Source: a virus. Taken from it: a stretch of 64,000 nt of DNA. The position numbers and the translations under genes were made by a program. The stretch is from the IMG/VR virus record IMGVR_UViG_3300017779_004709, positions 27,361 through 91,360 of that record. One strand, given 5' to 3'. Below are positions 57,272 to 64,000 of this stretch, one piece after another (position 1 is the stretch's first letter; the number at the start of each line of letters is the position of its first letter). Under the pieces are notes generated by a model. That model made no database searches and had not been told where the DNA came from. It saw only the letters and a program-made list of their open reading frames with translations.

Positions 57272-57520
57272 ATGAGAACAGCAAAATACTTTACAGCCAC
57301 TTGGTGTGGTCCTTGTAAAGCTTTCAAACCAGTTATGAATGAAGTATTGAATGAAGGTTATTCAGTTCAGATTCTTGATATAGACGCGAACGAGGCAATG
57401 GCAAGACAATATAATGTTAGGTCAGTTCCAACCACAATAATAGAACAAAATGGAGTAGAAGTAGATAGATTCGTAGGTGCATTACCTAAACAATCTGTTA
57501 TTCAAAAATTAAATGGCTAG
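57272..57520 (+). CDS. trxA: Thioredoxin
   Basis: WCGPC, VRSVPT. Confidence 0.92.
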   Translation: MRTAKYFTATWCGPCKAFKPVMNEVLNEGYSVQILDIDANEAMARQYNVRSVPTTIIEQNGVEVDRFVGALPKQSVIQKLNG

Positions 57521-58364
57521 AAAAAAATCAATATCATATAGTCAGTTTTCACTATGGGAACAATGTCCCTATTCTTGGAAATTGACCTATGTAGATAAGG
57601 CAATACCATTCACAGATAATATCTATACAATGTTTGGTACGGCTATGCACGAGGTATTACAAGAATACCTAAGAGTTATGTATTCCGAAAGTATTGTAGA
57701 GGCTGATAAGTTACTTCTTAATGAAGAACTCGAAGATAGAATGAAGAAAATTTTTATGGAAATCAGACAGAAAAATGGTGGAGAAGAATTCTGTACTAAA
57801 AATGATATGTTAGAATTTTACAATGATGGGTTAAAGATAATTGATTACTTCAAGAAGAAACGAAATCAGTATTTCAGTAAAAGAGGTTATGAATTAGCAG
57901 GTATAGAAACACCACTTAGTTATGATTTACCTAACAATCTAAGATTTCGTGGGTTTATTGACTTGGTTATCAAGGATACGGTTAGAAATCGAATCAAGAT
58001 TATTGATATTAAAACATCAACATGGGGTTGGAATAAATACCAAAAAGCCGACAAGAATAAAACAGACCAATTATTATTGTATAAACAATTCTATTCGAAA
58101 GAATTTGATGTTCCAATGGATAGAATTGATGTAGAGTATTTTATAGTAAAGAGAAAGTTGTATGAGAATACAGACTTTCCTCAAAAGAGAATACAGACTT
58201 TTATACCAGCAAATGGAAAACCATCTATTAATAAAGTTAATAGAAGATTGGAAGCATTTATGAAAGAGTGTTATGATCCTGATGGAAACATAATTGAACA
58301 CAATTACGAGAAATGTTCACCTCAAAAGAAATGTAGATCATTTACTAAATGTAAGGATTTATAA
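57513..58364 (+). CDS. PD-(D/E)XK nuclease (RecB/Cas4-like)
   Basis: ISYSQ, CP, FGTAMH, GFIDLV, IIDIKT, QLLLY, C-terminal Cys. Confidence 0.85.
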   Translation: MARKKSISYSQFSLWEQCPYSWKLTYVDKAIPFTDNIYTMFGTAMHEVLQEYLRVMYSESIVEADKLLLNEELEDRMKKIFMEIRQKNGGEEFCTKNDMLEFYNDGLKIIDYFKKKRNQYFSKRGYELAGIETPLSYDLPNNLRFRGFIDLVIKDTVRNRIKIIDIKTSTWGWNKYQKADKNKTDQLLLYKQFYSKEFDVPMDRIDVEYFIVKRKLYENTDFPQKRIQTFIPANGKPSINKVNRRLEAFMKECYDPDGNIIEHNYEKCSPQKKCRSFTKCKDL

Positions 58365-58391
58365 TACTTATTATGAAGATGGAGAAATAAA

Positions 58392-58844
58392 ATGGCAACC
58401 ACAGGACAAATATATGCACTAAGACTTAAATTATCTGATTTTATTAATACAGAATTTGAGTCGTTAGTAATTGATAAAATTAATGAGGCAAACAAAACTC
58501 ATACATTTAAACTTCAGTTGTGGTATGATGAGGGAGAAGTAACTTCTAAAGACTTGAAATCATTTATGGAAAAGTATGAAAGTTTACTTCATTACAAAAC
58601 AACAATAAGACCAAACAGAGCTGTCGACCGCTCTCAGTTCACTTGGTACGATGTTAGTCATCGTGATGATATACAAGGTGATTTTCCGTATAGGTTTAGG
58701 TTTATTGGAAGTGAAGATAGGTTGACTTGTGTTTTTCAAGGGTTACAAAATTTTATAGAGTGCCTAACATTTATTACCTCTGATAAACCATCAAGACAAG
58801 AAAGACCAAAGAGAAAGCAAAAAAGAAACGATTACGAGGATTAG
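58392..58844 (+). CDS. Hypothetical protein
   Basis: ORF with GGAG SD and an upstream ATACTTAT. Confidence 0.6.
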   Translation: MATTGQIYALRLKLSDFINTEFESLVIDKINEANKTHTFKLQLWYDEGEVTSKDLKSFMEKYESLLHYKTTIRPNRAVDRSQFTWYDVSHRDDIQGDFPYRFRFIGSEDRLTCVFQGLQNFIECLTFITSDKPSRQERPKRKQKRNDYED

Positions 58845-59249
58845 ATGAAACGAATTGGTATAGTAGGGGCAAGAACTTATACTAATAAGAGAAAAGTAAA
58901 AGAATTTGTATTTAAATTAAAACAGAAATTTGGTGATGGTGTAGAAATAATAAGTGGTGGACAACCAAAAGGTGCAGATGGGTATGCTAAGAAATTTGCA
59001 TTAGAGTTTGATATGAAATATGTAGAATTTCCACCAAGACATTATCAATATAATCAACATTGTATTTTAGAACAAAATGATTATGGAAAAAAATATCACA
59101 TTACTAATTTTTTTGATAGAAACAAACAAATAGCAGAATATAGTGATTATATAGTTGCATTTATTCCAAGTGATTACAATTCAAATGGTACAATAGACAC
59201 GATAAGTCATGCACAAAAATTGAAAAAAAAAGTAGTTATTTTGGATTAA
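58845..59249 (+). CDS. SLOG family (YspA/DUF2493-like) protein
   Basis: IGIVGAR, ISGG..KGAD, RN..I, GT..TI. Confidence 0.8.
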   Translation: MKRIGIVGARTYTNKRKVKEFVFKLKQKFGDGVEIISGGQPKGADGYAKKFALEFDMKYVEFPPRHYQYNQHCILEQNDYGKKYHITNFFDRNKQIAEYSDYIVAFIPSDYNSNGTIDTISHAQKLKKKVVILD

Positions 59250-59273
59250 TTTGATACTTATATATATGTATAT

Positions 59274-59483
59274 ATGGAGATTAATATGAAAAGTGAAACA
59301 AAGCTAACTTCGGTTAAAATAATAACTTCTTTATATAAGAAGTTTAAAGGAGTCGCTTTAAGTGAAGAATTCACATTGCAGAAGTTAGTAAATAGGTCTA
59401 TGGATAGGTATTTAAAAGAAGAAGAATATAAAAAATCTATCGTAGAATATGATAATTTACAGATTAGTGGTAGTAATTTTTAA
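59274..59483 (+). CDS. Small ribbon-helix-helix-like DNA-binding protein
   Basis: LTSVKI strand followed by two helices (LYKKFK, LQKLVNRSMDRY). Confidence 0.5.
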   Translation: MEINMKSETKLTSVKIITSLYKKFKGVALSEEFTLQKLVNRSMDRYLKEEEYKKSIVEYDNLQISGSNF

Positions 59484-59497
59484 GATAAGGGAAGGTT

Positions 59498-60895
59498 ATG
59501 TCAAAGAAAAAAATAATGTTACTTTCAGACGATTTACGGATGTCAAGTGGTGTAGGTACGGTTTCTAAGAATTTCGTACTTGGAACACTCGACAAGTATG
59601 ATTGGGTTCAAGTTGCAGGAGCAATTAAACATCCTGAAAATGGAAAAGTGGTGGATATGAATGACTCGATACGAGAAGAAACTGGTATTGAGGATGCAAA
59701 ATTAACTATATATCCAACTAATGGGTATGGAAATCAAGAGTTAATTCGTAGTTTAATTAATATTGAAAAGCCTGATGCCATAATGCATTATACTGATCCA
59801 AGATTTTGGGTATGGTTGTATCAAATGGAACATGAAATCAGACAACACATTCCGATTTTCTATTATAACATTTGGGATGATTTACCTTATCCAAGGTACA
59901 ACGAGTTCTTTTATGAATCATCCGATTTAATTATGAACATATCAAAACAGACTGTAAACATTGTAAAAAATGTTGCAGTAAATAAACCAAGAACAGATTG
60001 GGATTGTACATATATTCCACACGGAATACCAGATGATAAATACTATCCAATTACGGAATTAGATGTTAAGAAGTGGGATAACCTAAAATCTTTTAGGGGT
60101 GAACTATTACATAATAAAGATAAAGATTTTATTATATTTTGGTGTAATAGAAACATTCGAAGAAAAGCTCCTGGTGATGTAATATTGGCTTATAAAACAT
60201 TCTGTGATGGATTATCAAAAGAACAGGCAGATAAATGTGTATTAGTAATGCACACTCAACCAGTAGACCAAAATGGAACTGATTTACCAGAAGTTGTCAA
60301 TAATATATGTCCTGATTATGAAGTTATTTTTTCAAATCAGAGACTTGATGATAAACAGATGAATTTTTTGTATAATATAGCAGATGTTCAAATCAATATG
60401 GCCTCTAACGAAGGATTTGGATTGGGAACTGCAGAAGCAGTAATGGCAGGAACACCAAGTATTGTAAATGTTACGGGTGGATTACAGGATCAATGTGGAT
60501 TTAAATTAAAAGGTAAGCATGTTACACATGAAGATTATTCAGAAATTCATTCATTCCACGATAGAGATAAGTGGGAAAACAATCCTGATTTAACTCACGG
60601 AGAATGGATAAAACCAGTTTGGCCAGCAAGTCGTTCATTGCAAGGTTCAGTTCCAACACCATATATTTTCGATGATAGATGCAGATGGGAAGATGTTGCA
60701 GTTAAAATTCGTGAATGGTATGATACACCAAAAGAAGAACGAAAAGAGGCAGGTTCAAAAGGTAGAGAATGGATGTTAAAAGAAGAAATTGGAATGTCCG
60801 CAAAACATATGTGTGATAGGTTCGTACACGATATGGAACGGGCATGGAAAAAATGGACACCAAGAAAACGATTTACTTTACACAAAGTAGTATAA
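59498..60895 (+). CDS. GT4-like (GT-B) glycosyltransferase
   Basis: SGVG, IPHGI, NRNIRRK, NEGFGL..AEA...GTP. Confidence 0.85.
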   Translation: MSKKKIMLLSDDLRMSSGVGTVSKNFVLGTLDKYDWVQVAGAIKHPENGKVVDMNDSIREETGIEDAKLTIYPTNGYGNQELIRSLINIEKPDAIMHYTDPRFWVWLYQMEHEIRQHIPIFYYNIWDDLPYPRYNEFFYESSDLIMNISKQTVNIVKNVAVNKPRTDWDCTYIPHGIPDDKYYPITELDVKKWDNLKSFRGELLHNKDKDFIIFWCNRNIRRKAPGDVILAYKTFCDGLSKEQADKCVLVMHTQPVDQNGTDLPEVVNNICPDYEVIFSNQRLDDKQMNFLYNIADVQINMASNEGFGLGTAEAVMAGTPSIVNVTGGLQDQCGFKLKGKHVTHEDYSEIHSFHDRDKWENNPDLTHGEWIKPVWPASRSLQGSVPTPYIFDDRCRWEDVAVKIREWYDTPKEERKEAGSKGREWMLKEEIGMSAKHMCDRFVHDMERAWKKWTPRKRFTLHKVV

Positions 60896-60906
60896 GGAGA
60901 AATTAA

Positions 60907-61047
60907 ATGATAGGTTTAGAAAAATTTCTAAAGACCATAGATGATGTTACCAAGTTCATCTTGGGTGATAAGAGAGATGGTAAAGAAAGACGAGTAAAGA
61001 AAACAAAGAAAAAAGTTACTCGTAGAAAAACAATTCGTAGGAAATAA
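60907..61047 (+). CDS. 46-aa protein with a very basic C-terminus
   Basis: AGGAG SD; ...KERRVKKTKKKVTRRKTIRRK. Confidence 0.55.
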   Translation: MIGLEKFLKTIDDVTKFILGDKRDGKERRVKKTKKKVTRRKTIRRK

Positions 61048-61056
61048 GGATAAAAA

Positions 61057-62406
61057 ATGAGTTATAAACCATTAGTATTAGTTACGGCGCCTGTGGGTAC
61101 AAGAAGTGGATATGGAGCACATAGTAGGGATATATGTAGATCATTAATTGCAATGGATAAGTTTGATATTAAAATCTGGCCTGTTCGTTGGGGTTCTACA
61201 CCACAAGATGCCCTTAGTGAGGATAATGAACACGACAAACCTATAATAAAAAGGTTACTTTCAGATCCTAAAATGACAAAACAGCCAGATGTACATTTTC
61301 ATATCGTAGTACCGAATGAATTTAATCCTCTTGCTAAGTATAACATTGGTATTACTGCAGGATTAGAAACTACACTCACTCCACCTGAATGGATAGATGG
61401 GTTAAATCGTATGGACATGAACATAGTACCTGCTAATTTTGTAAAAACATCAATCGAAGAAACGGTTTGGGATAAACATGACCAACAAACTCAACAAAAA
61501 ATTGGAGTGGTTAAAGTTACAAAACCAACAGAAGTTCTATTTGAAGGTGCAGATACAAGAATATTCAAAACTACAAAGGAATTTTCAAAAGATTTGGTCG
61601 ATGAGTTTAAGGGTATTAATGAGGACTTTTGTTTTCTATTTGTAGGTCATTGGTTACAAGGTAAGCTTGGTCAAGACAGAAAAGATTTGGGTATGTTAGT
61701 TAAAACATTCTTAGAAACATTTAAGAATCAGAAAAAGAGTCCAGCATTAATATTAAAGACTTCAGGAGCTTCTCCATCTATTTTGGATAGAGAAGATATC
61801 TTAACAAAAGTAAAACAGATTAGGGCCACCGTAGATGGTGAACTACCAAACGTTTATGTATTACACGGCGATTTGAGAGATGAAGAAGTAAATGAATTAT
61901 ATAACCATCCAAAAGTAAAGGCTCATGTTTCATTTACTCACGGAGAAGGATTTGGTCGTCCACTACTTGAAGCCAGTTTATCAGAAAAACCTGTAATTGC
62001 TCCAAATTGGAGTGGTCATACAGATTTCTTATCAGATAAAGATGCAGTAATGTTACCTGGTAGTCTTAATGATGTCAAGAAAGAATCTCTTATGAAAGGT
62101 ATGGTAGTTGAAGGAACACAATGGTTTACGGTAAATTATGTATATGCATCTAAAGTATTAAAGGATGTGTTTGAGAATTATAGTAAATATGTAGTTAAGT
62201 CTAAGAAACTTTCAATAGTAAATAGCACTAAATTTTCACTTGATGCTATGACAAAGAGGTTTGAAGAAATACTTGATAAGTATCTTCCTAAATTTGAAGA
62301 TACATCGATGCAAGAAGTTAAGTTAAAATTACCAAAGTTAAAGAAAGTTGGTGGACTTAGTGAGGCTCCAAAAATTGAATTACCAAAATTAAAAAAGGTT
62401 AAATAG
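61057..62406 (+). CDS. GT4-like (GT-B) glycosyltransferase
   Basis: SGYG, RKD, GEGFGRPLLEA, WSGHTDF. Confidence 0.85.
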   Translation: MSYKPLVLVTAPVGTRSGYGAHSRDICRSLIAMDKFDIKIWPVRWGSTPQDALSEDNEHDKPIIKRLLSDPKMTKQPDVHFHIVVPNEFNPLAKYNIGITAGLETTLTPPEWIDGLNRMDMNIVPANFVKTSIEETVWDKHDQQTQQKIGVVKVTKPTEVLFEGADTRIFKTTKEFSKDLVDEFKGINEDFCFLFVGHWLQGKLGQDRKDLGMLVKTFLETFKNQKKSPALILKTSGASPSILDREDILTKVKQIRATVDGELPNVYVLHGDLRDEEVNELYNHPKVKAHVSFTHGEGFGRPLLEASLSEKPVIAPNWSGHTDFLSDKDAVMLPGSLNDVKKESLMKGMVVEGTQWFTVNYVYASKVLKDVFENYSKYVVKSKKLSIVNSTKFSLDAMTKRFEEILDKYLPKFEDTSMQEVKLKLPKLKKVGGLSEAPKIELPKLKKVK

Positions 62407-62407
62407 T

Positions 62408-62875
62408 ATGGAAAGAGTAATAGATTGTCCAATATGCTATGATAAAGATTCTTGTTTTGAAGATACACAAAAAGAGTTTAAATCTTATATGTGTTTCAAT
62501 TGTGGATTTATGAGTAGTACATATTACACAGAAGATAATACCGATAGAATAAAAGGTAGTGCAAAACTTGTTAAGGAATTAGAGTTTTATGATGAGGTAC
62601 GAAAAATATATTGGTATCCCTCAGTTGTTAATATGGGAGAGTTGGGTATAATATATCCATTCGGTGATAAACTGAATTGGTCTTGGAAGTTTGCAAGTGT
62701 CGTGAAGATAGATGAATCAGAAAAAGAAAAGTATCCAGTACTTGGAAAGGAAGGAGAATTCTATTCAGAAAGACTTGATGTAGACAACGCTATGGATTTT
62801 GGTCAATATGATTTTCTTTCGGCCTGTAAGTGTATGGGTATCGTGGGAAACAATCTAACTAACATGAAAAAATAA
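62408..62875 (+). CDS. Zn-ribbon-containing hypothetical protein
   Basis: CPIC...CFNCG. Confidence 0.65.
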   Translation: MERVIDCPICYDKDSCFEDTQKEFKSYMCFNCGFMSSTYYTEDNTDRIKGSAKLVKELEFYDEVRKIYWYPSVVNMGELGIIYPFGDKLNWSWKFASVVKIDESEKEKYPVLGKEGEFYSERLDVDNAMDFGQYDFLSACKCMGIVGNNLTNMKK

Positions 62876-63354
62876 TGTACTTCGAACAACATCTTAATAA
62901 TATCATAAGAAGGGCTCCAACAACACCTCGACAGATTGAATCTGGTCCTATTTATGATATAAGGTATAATAGTGAAACAGCAACCAAGAAAAGATATTTG
63001 GTTATGGCACTTAACATATATCCATATACAGGTGGGGAAAGGGACAAAAAACTACATTGTCTTGATATGGATAATTTACCACCAAGAGATATGAAAATTA
63101 TTTTAAAAGAGGCAGGTGGTATACAGGATATGAAAGTTGGTAATCAGATATTTAAAGAACTTAAAATACCTGATGGTAGGGAGAATATTCAGTTTTATGA
63201 AAAGAGAATAGGAGCAATTACTCGACAGATTAAAGGTGTGTATAAAACACTTAGTTTAATTAAAATAAAACGAGTAGAGGTGTGTGAGTATAATTTTCTT
63301 AGGGTTGTTGATCCTACAACTGCAAGGAAATATGGGTTATTAAATGAAAATTAG
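62875..63354 (+). CDS. Hypothetical protein
   Basis: Coupled 159-aa ORF. Confidence 0.55.
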   Translation: MYFEQHLNNIIRRAPTTPRQIESGPIYDIRYNSETATKKRYLVMALNIYPYTGGERDKKLHCLDMDNLPPRDMKIILKEAGGIQDMKVGNQIFKELKIPDGRENIQFYEKRIGAITRQIKGVYKTLSLIKIKRVEVCEYNFLRVVDPTTARKYGLLNEN

Positions 63355-64000
63355 TTATGGTATTACAGTTCATAATGAAGCCGAAGAACTTTTCAGACTT
63401 ACAGATTTATTAATAAACAATATAGACAAGGAAGATGAGATAGTAATTTGTGTTGATGGTGATGATGAAAAGGTAAACCTTGTTTTACAAAATCTACAAA
63501 AAACTTATCAATGGAATAATAATATTATAATTTATAATAGAAAACTTGATGGTAATTTTGCAGACCATAAAAATTCAGTTATAGAAAAGTCTACTGGTGA
63601 TTATGTATTTCATATAGATGCTGATGAGTATCCTAATGAAATATTATTACAACAATTAAAACAAATATTAGAAATAAATAATGTTGATTTGGTTTGGATA
63701 CCAAGAGTCAACACTATCGATGGTATGAAGGAAGAACATATCAGAAAGTGGGGTTGGAGAGTTACAGAAAATCGTTGGGTAAATTATCCTGATTATCAAG
63801 CTCGTGTGTTTCGTAATGATGAAAAGATAAGGTGGACTCGACCATTACACGAATATATAGCAGGTTGTAAAACATACGCACATCTTCCACCACACGAAGA
63901 ACTATCTTTATACCATCCCAAAACAATAGAAAAACAAGAAAAACAAAATACTTTTTACAATGAAAATTTTAGTAAAGAATTAAATGTGAGGAAATCATGA
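63344..64000 (+). CDS. GT2 glycosyltransferase
   Basis: ISYGITVHNE, FADHKN, IDADE, YPDYQAR, LHE. Confidence 0.85.
   Translation: MKISYGITVHNEAEELFRLTDLLINNIDKEDEIVICVDGDDEKVNLVLQNLQKTYQWNNNIIIYNRKLDGNFADHKNSVIEKSTGDYVFHIDADEYPNEILLQQLKQILEINNVDLVWIPRVNTIDGMKEEHIRKWGWRVTENRWVNYPDYQARVFRNDEKIRWTRPLHEYIAGCKTYAHLPPHEELSLYHPKTIEKQEKQNTFYNENFSKELNVRKS

Noticed and set aside
57513-58364. Cas4-like nuclease as evidence of a CRISPR system
   Set aside because: There is no repeat-spacer array or other cas gene. Stand-alone PD-(D/E)XK nucleases are common in phages.
656-62468. All minus-strand ORFs and nested alternate-frame + ORFs in the track (for example 11435-11926, 40881-41255, 3282-3599)
   Set aside because: Nearly all are shadows of well-supported + strand genes and lack SD sites or recognisable motifs.
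62875-63354. T4 gp2-like DNA end protector
   Set aside because: There is only a vague resemblance (LHCLDMDNLP), which is insufficient without a profile search.
1-64000. Stop-codon reassignment or selenoproteins
   Set aside because: Core genes are full-length in code 11, and TAA, TAG and TGA all serve as stops at coupled junctions.
1-64000. Cellular (bacterial or archaeal) chromosome origin
   Set aside because: The T4-like replisome set, single-strand gene packing and absence of housekeeping operons indicate a phage.

Overview
This window is a 64 kb segment of a large, AT-rich, T4-like (probably jumbo, probably aquatic) dsDNA bacteriophage. Essentially all real genes lie on the + strand and are tightly coupled. 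The core is a replication and recombination module: gp32-like SSB, UvsX/RecA, 5'-3' exonuclease, gp41-like helicase, class II RNR, family B polymerase, sliding clamp and two clamp-loader subunits. Large accessory islands interrupt it. They encode glycosyltransferases, SGNH-like proteins, radical SAM enzymes, 2OG-Fe oxygenases, SET, DOT1-like and GNAT enzymes, a QueC-like fusion, AdoMetDC, a porin, an EamA transporter and MORN-repeat proteins. The most notable observations are: (1) a ~480-570 nt ORF-free, multi-helix structured RNA candidate at ~8586-9163; (2) a shared C-terminal aromatic motif (SIERFF or [VI][KQ]Hx[FW]F) on the polymerase and on four modification-type enzymes, suggesting clamp-tethered DNA modification; (3) a 2OG-Fe enzyme with a halogenase-type HxG motif; (4) a small hairpin RNA complementary to early-gene leaders; (5) two recurring promoter motifs, one apparently leaderless. 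I saw no tRNA, rRNA or CRISPR array. All calls come from motif recognition by eye; no database searches were run.
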